A stretch of 61,309 bases of DNA, counting the filler, from Ferroacidibacillus organovorans (lineage in GTDB: Bacteria; Bacillota; Bacilli; Alicyclobacillales; SLC66): the NCBI RefSeq assembly GCF_001642725.1. It is 3 parts of 3 records of this genome, joined end to end, with 100 filler letters (N's around TTAATTAATTAA, not from the genome) between each part and the next. Parts side by side here need not be neighbours in the genome. Positions count along the whole stretch, not along the records: positions 1 to 20,723 come from NZ_LSUQ01000044.1; 2 more parts are not named here. One strand, given 5' to 3'. Both the position numbers and the translations under genes were made by a program. Below, piece by piece: positions 1 through 10,106 of this stretch; the first letter of the stretch is position 1, and the number at the start of each line of letters is the position of its first letter. The notes below the pieces were generated by a model, which saw nothing but the letters and a program-made list of their open reading frames with translations, searched no databases and was not told the origin of the DNA.

Positions 1-276
1 CTCCCACACGCACTTGACATCGTTCGCGTGACGGCAAAGGTCATCAGACAAAACCTTATCTGGGCGCTCTGCTATAACTTGATTGCACAAGCGATTGCTA
101 TCGACGGGTACGCACAACCCGTTCTCGCGGCAGGGGCGATGGTCTTTTCTAGCCTATTTGTATTGGGTAATTCACTCCGCATCGTCGGCTGGTCACCGTG
201 GCGCTATGTACGTCGGATTGGCCTGACATTCGGCGTGGTTTCGATCCTTGCGCTGCTAACGTATTTTCGATTGTAG
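1..276 (+). CDS. Heavy-metal (probably Cu) P1B-type ATPase, 3' part only
   Basis: Frame is open from base 1. IRQNLIWALCYN and PVLAAGAMVFSSLFVLGNSLR match the last two TM helices of CopA-like ATPases. Confidence 0.85.
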   Translation, partial: LPHALDIVRVTAKVIRQNLIWALCYNLIAQAIAIDGYAQPVLAAGAMVFSSLFVLGNSLRIVGWSPWRYVRRIGLTFGVVSILALLTYFRL

Positions 277-298
277 AACACATCTTGGGGGCGGCTTT

Positions 299-1054
299 AT
301 GAATCTGTGGACAGATATCCATCCGTGGAATTCCTGGCGTCCGGACGTCTTTTTTCTGGTTCTTCTCCTTGGCGTGATGTATCAGGTGGTCACTCGTGAG
401 AAAACAAGGTCGCCGGTCTCCTTTTTTCTTGGTCTCCTTCTTTTGTATTTGGCGTTAGGTCCGCTCGCGGCGCTCGGAGAGCGCGCTTCGTTTACGGCAT
501 ACATCATTCAGATGCTCCTCATGACGATGGTGCTTCCTTGGCTGCTCGTTCTCCGTCAACCCGATTTCGTCCTGCGACCACTGCTTGGCATCGGGTGGAT
601 CAAGCGCTTGGTCAGGTACGCGACGCATCCGCTTATCGCGCTGGTCTTTTTCAACGCCCTGCTCACAGCGATGCTGCTTCCCTCCGTTTTGAATCTTGTC
701 GTAACGATAAATTGGTTGCATATCGTAGCGCAGAGCGTCACGGCGCTCGCGGCAATTTGCTTTTGGTGGCCGATTGCCAACCCGCTGCGTGAAGAGAAAG
801 AGCTCACACGTGGACGGAAAATTCTCTACATCATCTACTCGATGAATTTCATGATGCCAATCCTTGTCGCGCTGTTTGTCTCTAATCACTCGTGGTATCA
901 AGATTTGGCGCGCGGCGCGGGACAACTCGGAATAAACGCACTCGCCGATCAGCAGATTGGCAGTGTCGTTATGCTTTGCGCGATGTATCTCGTTTATGGA
1001 ACGATCGGATCGAGAATCTACGTGCGCCAAGATCAATCGGTTTGGTATGAGTAA
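299..1054 (+). CDS. ctaG: Cytochrome c oxidase assembly factor CtaG (caa3-type)
   Basis: Multi-TM protein with FTAYIIQMLLMTMVLPWLL, HPLIAL, FWWPI and ALADQQIG motifs; lies next to ctaA/ctaB. Confidence 0.8.
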   Translation: MNLWTDIHPWNSWRPDVFFLVLLLGVMYQVVTREKTRSPVSFFLGLLLLYLALGPLAALGERASFTAYIIQMLLMTMVLPWLLVLRQPDFVLRPLLGIGWIKRLVRYATHPLIALVFFNALLTAMLLPSVLNLVVTINWLHIVAQSVTALAAICFWWPIANPLREEKELTRGRKILYIIYSMNFMMPILVALFVSNHSWYQDLARGAGQLGINALADQQIGSVVMLCAMYLVYGTIGSRIYVRQDQSVWYE

Positions 1055-1141
1055 GGCGGTCATGCATAGAATGAGAAATTTTGAGACAAAGCTATAGGTG
1101 TAGACACATGTGGTTGGAAATTCCTGCAATGGAGGATTTTT

Positions 1142-2104
1142 ATGACCTATAAATTGCCCCTCGCAACAACGCTGTTTCTCTTTTCGCTCTCGGTCATCGG
1201 CGCGCTTGTCGTTGGACTCAATGCGGGATTTGTCTGACCAGACTGGCCACTCTGCAACGGTTCACTGATCCCACCGTTGCATGGGCTTGTGCTCGTTGAG
1301 TACATGCATCGCTTGATCGCGCTGATTGCAAGCATTCTCATTCCGTTCAATGCAATTCACATGTGGTGGATGCATCGGAAAAATCGTTTGACGTCCCGCC
1401 TCGCACTTTTGTCTATGCTTTTTCTCGCACTGCAAGTTGCGCTAGGCGCGTTGATCGTCGTGTTCGTCCTGCCCGGCGCGTTTACAACGATTGATGTGGC
1501 GAATAGTTTCCTACTCCTCATCGTGCTGTCTGCAATGACGGCAGTCGGTTGGCGGGAGCACAGACAAAAGACGAAGCAACCGAGCGCAGAGAAGCTGCAA
1601 ACGGACGCCGATCGCGCAAAACGGTTTCGCCTTCCCGTTTTTTTTGCGCTCGGAACGATCTTTCTTCAATCACTCGTGGGAGGCTATTTTCGTCACTCTG
1701 GGAACAGTCAAGCGCTGTTCGGGCAACATTCGTATTTGCTCAGTCACCATCAACGGCAGGTGCCGAGTGAATTTGAAGCGTTGTTCTGGCTGGTTGTGCA
1801 CATCAGCGTTACGGCGGCTGTTTTCGCGTCCGTCGTATGGCTACTCACGGTGGCCATGCGTTTTGGACAGTATCGCGCGGGTGCGTTTGGCCTCCTTTGG
1901 CTTGTGATCTACCAGATTATCCTTGGGTTCGTGACGCTTCAAACCAAACTCTCCGTCATCTCGGACACGCTTCACTTTGCCGGAGCGAATGCGATGGTCG
2001 GAGTTGCCGGATATCTCGTGGCGCAGGTTCTCCTCGACCTATCGGCGGTGCGCATCGAGGCGCGCGAAAAAACACGGCGCAAGATGGTTCCGGCACACTC
2101 GTAA
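1142..2104 (+). CDS. ctaA: Haem A synthase (CtaA/Cox15) with in-frame TGA at codon 32 (recoded or pseudogene)
   Basis: GGAGG RBS at 1131-1135 and ATG at 1142. Reads MTYKLPLATTLFLFSLSVIGALVVGLNAGFV*PDWPLCNG..EYMHR, in frame with ORF 1277-2104. TGA at 1235-1237 replaces the first Cys of the C-x-x-W-P-x-C motif. Confidence 0.85.
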
Positions 2105-2129
2105 TGCTTATTACAAAGGGGAATCGGGA

Positions 2130-3062
2130 ATGAGATACCGAAAAGCGGTTGCAACGGGCGCACAGGACATGGCCGTCGATGTGCAATCGGGGGGGGCAGT
2201 ACCGCGCACGATAAGAGGTGTCGTGCGCGATTTAATCAACGTGACCAAACCGGGCATCACGATGTCCAATGCGATGATGACGTTTGTAGGTATTTGGCTT
2301 AGCGCAGGCAGACACCCTGCGTTCTCGCTCGCCATGATGACACTTGCCGGCAGCAGTCTCGTGGTGATGGGCGGATGCGCGATGAACAATTTTATGGATC
2401 GGGATATCGATCAGTTGATGACGCGAACGAAAAAAAGGCCACTGCCAAATCAACGGTTGTCTGGTTGGTCGGTGATCTCGCTCGGCGCGCTGCTCGCGTT
2501 TCTTGGCGTCGCCCTGTTGTGCGTCTATGTCAATCTGCTGTCGGCTGTGATGGCGCTGATCGGGTTATTTTTCTATGTGATCGTATATACAGGACTCACA
2601 AAGCGCACGACCACGCTTAGCACCGTGATTGGAAGCGTGTCAGGTGCGATGCCGCCGCTTATCGGCTGGACGGCGATGTCCGGTACGCTTTCTACAGGAG
2701 CGTGGCTGCTCTTTCTCTTTATGTTCATCTGGCAACCTCCGCACTTTTGGGCGCTCAGCATGCGCCGGGTCAAAGAGTACGCGGCGGCAAGGATTCCTCT
2801 TTTGCCAGTCAAATATGGCTTTGCGCCAACCAAACGACAGATCGTCGCGTGGACAGTTCTCTTAGTGCCTGTATCCCTCTTGCTGTATGTCGCGCATGTC
2901 ACAGATGTCTTCTACCTGATTTCCGCACTGCTTCTCGGAGGTGTTTGGATTGTCAAAGCGTTGCGCGGATTGCGCGCCAAAGATGACATCGCATGGGCCA
3001 CAGAGATGTTCAAGTTTTCACTGATCTATCTCACGGGCATGGCGGCCGCGATGGTGATATGA
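2130..3062 (+). CDS. ctaB: Protohaem IX farnesyltransferase (haem O synthase)
   Basis: TKPGI, NNFMDRDIDQLMTRTKKRPLP, GAMPPLIGW and FIWQPPHFWAL motifs; start placed at ATG 2130. Confidence 0.95.
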   Translation: MRYRKAVATGAQDMAVDVQSGGAVPRTIRGVVRDLINVTKPGITMSNAMMTFVGIWLSAGRHPAFSLAMMTLAGSSLVVMGGCAMNNFMDRDIDQLMTRTKKRPLPNQRLSGWSVISLGALLAFLGVALLCVYVNLLSAVMALIGLFFYVIVYTGLTKRTTTLSTVIGSVSGAMPPLIGWTAMSGTLSTGAWLLFLFMFIWQPPHFWALSMRRVKEYAAARIPLLPVKYGFAPTKRQIVAWTVLLVPVSLLLYVAHVTDVFYLISALLLGGVWIVKALRGLRAKDDIAWATEMFKFSLIYLTGMAAAMVI

Positions 3063-3094
3063 GCGGAGCCGCACAGATCAGCGAGCTTAAAAGG

Positions 3095-3880
3095 TCACGT
3101 TTGCGATTGAACGACCATGCAGTTTCGCTCTTCGAGCGCCTTGATGAAGTCGACAGGCGCGTCCTGATTTGTAATCAATGCGCGCGGCTCGTACAGGCGC
3201 GCTACGGGTGAGAATGTCACTTTCCCGAATTTACTGCCATCCGCTACGATGTATCCGCTCGTAGCGGTTTTTAGCATCATGGAATCGGTTCGCCCCTCCA
3301 TTAAGTTAGGCGTTGTAAACCCCGCTTGTAAATCAACACCATCCACGCCGACAAACGCGATATCCGCATTCATGTTCTGCAAGGCTTCATCTGCGAGATG
3401 ACCGACTGCGGCGTAGGATCCGTTGCGCACAACGCCGCCGATCATGACGAGCGTGATGTGATCGACTGCCGCGACTTCTGCCGCAATGTTGATGGCTGTT
3501 GTCACGATGGTGATGTCCTGTTTTTTTAGGAGTTCCCGAGCGATGTGCGTGGTGGTTGTTCCTGCGCTTAGAATGACCACTTGCCCGTTTTTCACAAGTG
3601 ATGCGGCAATTTTTGCGATCTCGCGCTTTTCTTGGGTGTGCGTATTCAACTTTTCTTGAAACAACAATTCGAGAGGTTGCGCTGCATTGGCGACAGCCCC
3701 TCCGCGGACGCGGCGAATGAAATTCTGTGACTCTAGAATCTCCAAATCTCTCCGCAGTGTCACTTCACTCACGGCAAACCAATCTCTCAATTGTTCAATT
3801 CGCACTTCTCCGTGTTCTTCTAAATAGGTAACAATAAAGTTGCGACGTTCAAACGCGCTGTGTCCTTCAAGTGTCTCCAT
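3095..3880 (-). CDS. DeoR/GlpR (AgaR-like) transcriptional regulator
   Basis: VSEVTLRRDLEILE HTH plus SAGTTT and DIAFVGVDG DeoR C-domain motifs; divergent from the sugar operon. Confidence 0.93.
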   Translation of the reverse strand: METLEGHSAFERRNFIVTYLEEHGEVRIEQLRDWFAVSEVTLRRDLEILESQNFIRRVRGGAVANAAQPLELLFQEKLNTHTQEKREIAKIAASLVKNGQVVILSAGTTTTHIARELLKKQDITIVTTAINIAAEVAAVDHITLVMIGGVVRNGSYAAVGHLADEALQNMNADIAFVGVDGVDLQAGFTTPNLMEGRTDSMMLKTATSGYIVADGSKFGKVTFSPVARLYEPRALITNQDAPVDFIKALEERNCMVVQSQT

Positions 3881-4066
3881 GGATGTGTGATTCCCTTTCT
3901 AAGGGAGTGTCTAATCCCTTAGAAAGTATTCTAGTACAGATTAACGTATTGCGCTATGAAAAGCAGCGATCGAATGACGTTTCGAATTACTTTCGTTAGT
4001 ATAAAAATATGTTTATTTTTATGTACGAAATGTGTACAAATACGATTGATTGTGATACTGTTCGAA

Positions 4067-4080
4067 TGAAGACGGTTTCA
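4067..4080 (+). promoter_or_regulatory. Putative cre (CcpA) site upstream of the hexosamine operon
   Basis: TGAAGACGGTTTCA is one mismatch from TGWNANCGNTNWCA and lies 40 nt before the permease start. Confidence 0.55.
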
Positions 4081-4119
4081 TAGTTTTGTTTATATAAACG
4101 GATGGAGAGGAAGAGTGCG

Positions 4120-5523
4120 ATGAACGAAGAAGGTAATCAGGCCGGCAAGGGACTCGTTCGCGGAATCAGCCTTTTTCAAGCGACGGCCATCAACATGTCG
4201 CAAATGGTGGGCATTGGCCCATTCATCACGATTCCCTTGATCCTGTCTGCCATGGGAGGGCCGCAAGCGATCTTTGGCTGGATCGCAGGCGCGATTTTGG
4301 CAATGGCCGACGGGCTCGTGTGGAGTGAACTCGGGGCAGCGATGCCCGGCGAGGGTGGTTCTTATGTGTACTTGCGCGAAGCATTCCAGTATCGGTCGGG
4401 AAAAATTATGCCCTTTCTTTTTGTGTGGTCAACACTGATCGCGACGCCGCTGATCATGTCGACCGGAATGATTGGCATGGCAAACTACTTGAGCTTTTTC
4501 TGGCCTGGAATGACAGCGCTTGACACGAAACTCGCGGCTGTCGCCATCACCATCATCACCGTTGCGCTGCTCTATCGCCGAATCAATTCGGTGGGCAGAA
4601 TTACGACCGTGTTATGGGCTGGCATGATTCTAACCGTTTTGATCATGATCGTGGCAGGCGCCACGCACTTTAATCCGCACCTTGCGTTTGCTTTCCCGAG
4701 TAACGCCTTTCTCCCATCAAAGTTTCTTCTGGGACTCGGTGGGGGCATGCTGATCTCGATTTACGATTACATGGGATACTATACGATCTGCTACATGGGG
4801 GATGAAGTTAAAAACCCTGGTAAGACCATTCCAAAGTCTGTCATTTTGTCGATTATTGCAGTAGGTATTATCGATATCTTTATGAATCTCGGCGTGATCG
4901 GCGTTGTGCCTTGGAAAATTGCGATGAACAGCCAGAATATCGGTACGCTTTTTATGCAGGATGTGTGGGGAAAACCGGGCGCTGCAATCATTACGCTCCT
5001 CATTCTTTGGACTGCGTTCGCGTCCGTGTACACAGGGCTCCTTGGTGCGTCTCGACTGCCCTATAACGCGGCTGCCGACGGGCTTTTTTTCCGAAGCTTC
5101 GGGAAGCTTCATGAGAAGTATAACTTTCCACACATCTCGCTGCTTGTCATGGGGTTGATCACAGCGATTTGCTGTTTCTTTAATCTCTCGCAGATCATCA
5201 ACGCGTTGATGGCCGTCGCCATCGTCGTTCAGTTCATGGGGCAGGTTGCGGCGCTCACGGTGCTGCGCAAACGTCAACCCCATCTGCATCGACCGTTTCG
5301 CCAGTGGCTCTACCCGATTCCGAGTATCATCGCGTTTGTGGGTTGGGCCTACGTGCTTTATTCGTCAGGTTGGTCGGCGATTGAACTGGCGATCGGTTGG
5401 ACGGCGCTTGGCGTCATTGCATTCTTAATCTGGGCGTCTCGGGAGAAGCAGTGGCCGTTTGGCGAAAAAATGATTCATGAACCCTACCTGACAGAGCAGG
5501 AGAACGCGGGATCGCAATTTTAA
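4120..5523 (+). CDS. APC-family permease (candidate amino-sugar transporter)
   Basis: About 12 TM helices with GIGPFI, ELGAAMPGEGGSYVYLREAF, DEVKNPGKTIP and SRLPY APC motifs; RBS before ATG 4120. Confidence 0.9.
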   Translation: MNEEGNQAGKGLVRGISLFQATAINMSQMVGIGPFITIPLILSAMGGPQAIFGWIAGAILAMADGLVWSELGAAMPGEGGSYVYLREAFQYRSGKIMPFLFVWSTLIATPLIMSTGMIGMANYLSFFWPGMTALDTKLAAVAITIITVALLYRRINSVGRITTVLWAGMILTVLIMIVAGATHFNPHLAFAFPSNAFLPSKFLLGLGGGMLISIYDYMGYYTICYMGDEVKNPGKTIPKSVILSIIAVGIIDIFMNLGVIGVVPWKIAMNSQNIGTLFMQDVWGKPGAAIITLLILWTAFASVYTGLLGASRLPYNAAADGLFFRSFGKLHEKYNFPHISLLVMGLITAICCFFNLSQIINALMAVAIVVQFMGQVAALTVLRKRQPHLHRPFRQWLYPIPSIIAFVGWAYVLYSSGWSAIELAIGWTALGVIAFLIWASREKQWPFGEKMIHEPYLTEQENAGSQF

Positions 5524-5575
5524 TTGCACCATTGAATTGAGTACAGATGTGAATGCAAAAGGGAGACTGTTTTGA

Positions 5576-6517
5576 ATGACTCATGCACGCGTGGATGATG
5601 AGTTTGCTCCATTTGTCTTGGCGTTCGATTTTGGCGGCACTAAAATTGCCATCGCGACGGCGACGCGTGACGGTGAGATGCTCCAACGCACAGATTTGAG
5701 CACGGTCGCTTACGGAGATGGAAAGACTGCGTTACACCAAGCGATTCTGGCGGGACAAGCGTTGGTTCGGACGACCACGACGCAAACCAGGGGCACCCTG
5801 GTTTGCGTAGGCGTCGCCACGATGGGAATTACCCTTAAGGATCGCGTGCTGATGGCTCCAAACGTTCCCGGATGGGCGGAACTTCGCATGGAGGACAGCT
5901 TTCAAAGTGCCTTTCCGGGTATCGCGATCCAGATTGACAATGATGTGAAGGCGGCTGCGCTTGCGGAGTTGAAAAAAGGTGCGCTGCAAGATGTGGATGT
6001 TGGATTGTTTGTGAATCTGGGTACAGGTATTGCGCTGGCGTACACACTCGAAGGAAAGGTTCTGCAAGGCGCGCACGGAGCTTCCGGGGAAATCGCCTAC
6101 AACTTGCTCACCAAATTCGAACGGGCAGGCGCGCGTGATAACGTTGCGCCGCTGGAAGAATTTGCGGGTGGGAGATCCATTGGAGAGCGTGCCTCGCTCC
6201 ATTTTGGTGAAAAGATGTCGGCGGGGGATCTCTTTCGCAAAGCGCAGTTTGATATGGGCGCCAAACGATGGGTAGAGGAAACTCTGCAAGAAATCGCATT
6301 TCACTTGACCAATGTAATGATCGCCTGGGATCCGGGCGTTGTCGCGTTTGGTGGCGGTTTGATGGGTGCGGGTGATCTTATTTTACCGTATCTGTCAGGA
6401 TATTCAGAGCGCTTTGTTCCTTTTCCTCCGCAATTAAAAATGGCTCATTTTCGCCGCGACGCAGGGTTATACGGTGCCATCGAATTGGCACTTTTGGGAT
6501 GGAGGAAACACTCATGA
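5576..6517 (+). CDS. ROK-family sugar kinase
   Basis: DFGGTK, DNDVKAAALAE, NLGTGI and GAHGASGEI motifs; no N-terminal HTH. Confidence 0.9.
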   Translation: MTHARVDDEFAPFVLAFDFGGTKIAIATATRDGEMLQRTDLSTVAYGDGKTALHQAILAGQALVRTTTTQTRGTLVCVGVATMGITLKDRVLMAPNVPGWAELRMEDSFQSAFPGIAIQIDNDVKAAALAELKKGALQDVDVGLFVNLGTGIALAYTLEGKVLQGAHGASGEIAYNLLTKFERAGARDNVAPLEEFAGGRSIGERASLHFGEKMSAGDLFRKAQFDMGAKRWVEETLQEIAFHLTNVMIAWDPGVVAFGGGLMGAGDLILPYLSGYSERFVPFPPQLKMAHFRRDAGLYGAIELALLGWRKHS

Positions 6518-7560
6518 AAAACCACACACTCACAGAAATCAAAAACCAGCCGGCTTCATGGGAACAAACGCTAAAGATCGTCCCTCAGCAGTGGCGTGAC
6601 ATTGAGAAAGGGCTGACCCTCTCACCGAATACGAAGTTTCTTTTTACAGGTTGTGGCACATCGTTCTACCTCGCGCAAAGTGCGGCGCGCCTGTTCCAGA
6701 CGGTGACGGGACACGACGCGTCGGCGGTTCCTGCTTCGGAGATTTTTCTAAACGATATGAGTGTGTTATCGCGCGTGGCGCCAACCGTTGTGTTTGCGAT
6801 TTCGCGATCAGGCACCACGTCTGAAGTGCTGATGGCAGTCGATCACTTGGCGCAGCATCACAGAGCGGTCGACGTAATTGGCGTGACGTGCACAGCGGGC
6901 AGTACGCTTGAAAAAAATACGAGACACCACATGGTCCTCCCCCACGCAGCCGAAGAGTCGGTGGTCATGACCCAATCGTTTACGAATATGCTGCTCGCAA
7001 TCCAGTGGATCGGGGCAGCGCTTGCAATGCGTACGGATCTGATCGAAGAACTCGAGAGGCTGCCAGAACTGGCTGACCAGTCTCTCGCGGGAGCTGAACA
7101 CTTTGGAAAGACGTACGGGGCGGATGATGATCCGTCGTTTATTTTTCTTGGGCTTGGAGCCTATTATGGCCTTGCCGCAGAGGCGACACTCAAACTAAAG
7201 GAAATGACGCAAGTGCCGTGTGAGTATTACAACACGCTCGAGTTTCGTCACGGCCCAATCTCGATCGTGCGCGCCTCGACGCGGGTCATTATTCTGGCGG
7301 ATGAAGCGCACGCAACGTATACTCAGTCCCTTGCACGCGATGTGCGGGCTGTAGAAGGGCAGGTCGTCTGTCTTACGACGCAGTCGAATAGCACGCTTGC
7401 GGCGGAGCGCGGTGTATTTGCATTGCCGGATGGACTGTCCGATTGGAGCCGCGCGGTGCTTTACATGCCAGCGCTGCACTTTCTCGCTTACGAAAAGGCG
7501 ACGCAGCTCGGTTTTGATCCTGACGCGCCGCGCAACCTGAGTCAGGTGGTGATTCTATAA
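6514..7560 (+). CDS. Double-SIS-domain sugar-phosphate deaminase/isomerase (AgaS-like)
   Basis: EIKNQP, GCGTS, ISRSGTTSE, EESVVMTQSF, LKLKEM, EFRHGP and PDAPRNL motifs; GGAGG RBS before ATG 6514. Confidence 0.88.
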   Translation: MKNHTLTEIKNQPASWEQTLKIVPQQWRDIEKGLTLSPNTKFLFTGCGTSFYLAQSAARLFQTVTGHDASAVPASEIFLNDMSVLSRVAPTVVFAISRSGTTSEVLMAVDHLAQHHRAVDVIGVTCTAGSTLEKNTRHHMVLPHAAEESVVMTQSFTNMLLAIQWIGAALAMRTDLIEELERLPELADQSLAGAEHFGKTYGADDDPSFIFLGLGAYYGLAAEATLKLKEMTQVPCEYYNTLEFRHGPISIVRASTRVIILADEAHATYTQSLARDVRAVEGQVVCLTTQSNSTLAAERGVFALPDGLSDWSRAVLYMPALHFLAYEKATQLGFDPDAPRNLSQVVIL

Positions 7561-7563
7561 AGG

Positions 7564-8289
7564 ATGAACATTCGTGTCTTTGAGAATCCACAGTTGGCCG
7601 CCGTTTATGCGGCCGCATTGGTCGAGCAAGTCATTCAATCCATCCGCAATCCGGTCTTAGGTTTGGCGACCGGTTCCACGCCAATTCCATTATACGAATC
7701 CCTGGTGTCGTTTCACCGCCAGGGACTGAGTTTCGCGCATGTGACGGCACTCAACCTGGATGAGTATGTCGGGCTTTCAGCTGACCATCCGCAGAGCTAT
7801 CACTTCTTTATGAATGAACACCTTTTTCGACATGTGGATCTTCCGGAAGAGAAGCGATTTCTGCCAAATGGCGCGGCGCCTGATCTGGCACTTGAATGCG
7901 AGCGCTACGATCAGATCATCCGCGAACATCCGATCGATTTGCAGATCCTTGGCATCGGTTTGAACGGGCACATCGGGTTTAATGAGCCGGACGTTGCGCT
8001 CAAAGCGAACACGCACGTTGTGACGCTGGCGCGCGACACGATCGAAGCGAATGCACGCTTTTTTGGCGAACAAGAGCGCGTTCCGACGGAGGCGATCACG
8101 ATGGGGCTGCAGCCGATCCTGATGGCAAAAAAGGTGTTGTTGCTCGCATTCGGACGTGAAAAGGCCGATGCGGTGGTGAACGCGGTGCGTGGAGATGTGC
8201 GCACCTATTCCCCGGCAAGCATTTTGCAAGTACACCCAAATGTCACGTTTATCTTAGATCGCGAAGCGGCATATGTATTGGAGGCGTAA
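7564..8289 (+). CDS. nagB: Glucosamine-6-phosphate deaminase
   Basis: LGLATGSTP, NLDEYVGL and LGIGLNGHIGFNEP motifs. Confidence 0.95.
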   Translation: MNIRVFENPQLAAVYAAALVEQVIQSIRNPVLGLATGSTPIPLYESLVSFHRQGLSFAHVTALNLDEYVGLSADHPQSYHFFMNEHLFRHVDLPEEKRFLPNGAAPDLALECERYDQIIREHPIDLQILGIGLNGHIGFNEPDVALKANTHVVTLARDTIEANARFFGEQERVPTEAITMGLQPILMAKKVLLLAFGREKADAVVNAVRGDVRTYSPASILQVHPNVTFILDREAAYVLEA

Positions 8290-9147
<858 letters not shown>

Positions 9148-10101
9148 ATGAAACCGTACGTCTTGACGGTTACTGCCAACCCGGCGCTTGACAAAACCTA
9201 TTTTCTCGAGGCGTTCCGTCAGGGAGAGGTCAATCGCGTGCGCCGCGTGATGAAAGCGCCTGGCGGCAAGGGAATCAACGTCTTGCGCGTCTTGCACACC
9301 CTTGGCGTAAATGCTTGCGGTACAGGGTTTTTAGGGGGAAACACGGGTGAGTGGATCGCCGCTGAACTGACACGGATGGAGATATGCCACGATTTTTACA
9401 GGATTGCTGACGAGACGCGCACCACGGTCAATGTCCTTGAAACTGGGCTTTCGGAAGCGGCGCGGCGAAGCAGCGAACTGTTGGAACCGGGGCCGACGGT
9501 TGTGGAAGATATGACCCTCTTTTTCAAGCATCTGGAACCGCATTTGTCGATGGCGGATCACGTCGTCATGAGCGGGAGCCTGGCGCCTGGTTTGCCGACA
9601 GACTTTTACGCACAATGGATCAAGCGCACGGCGCGGCGCGGCGGAAAATGTTACGTGGATACGCGTGGGGACGCGATGGTCGAGGCGATCAAGGCGCGAC
9701 CGTATCTCGTAAAGATGAATCAAGTGGAGTTTGAGGAACTGCTTGATGTAAGGATGAGGGATCGCAAGGATTTTTACGATGGGCTTGAGACGCTGTGTGA
9801 AAAGGGATGTGACGTAGCGATCGTCACTTGCGGCGCAAAGGGATTTTACGCCCGCGCAGAGGATGGAAGTGTGTGGAAAGGTACCATGCCTGCGCTTGCC
9901 GCAGTCAATCCGGTGGGGAGTGGAGACGCCTTTTTCGCAGGACTTGTCGCTGCGCTTTCGCGGCATGAAGGCTTTGTTGACGCGTTGCGACTTGCGGGTG
10001 CGTGCGGTGCGAGCAATGCGCTGCGCGCTCAAGTCGCAGAAGTAGAGTATGATGAGGTTATGAAGTTAAGGGCGTGTCTGAAGATCGAAAAAGTGAGGTG
10101 A
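9148..10101 (+). CDS. PfkB-family hexose-phosphate kinase (LacC/FruK-like, probably tagatose-6-phosphate kinase)
   Basis: NPALD, PGGKGINV, SGSL and NPVGSGDAF motifs. Confidence 0.9.
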   Translation: MKPYVLTVTANPALDKTYFLEAFRQGEVNRVRRVMKAPGGKGINVLRVLHTLGVNACGTGFLGGNTGEWIAAELTRMEICHDFYRIADETRTTVNVLETGLSEAARRSSELLEPGPTVVEDMTLFFKHLEPHLSMADHVVMSGSLAPGLPTDFYAQWIKRTARRGGKCYVDTRGDAMVEAIKARPYLVKMNQVEFEELLDVRMRDRKDFYDGLETLCEKGCDVAIVTCGAKGFYARAEDGSVWKGTMPALAAVNPVGSGDAFFAGLVAALSRHEGFVDALRLAGACGASNALRAQVAEVEYDEVMKLRACLKIEKVR

Positions 10102-10106
10102 CGGCT

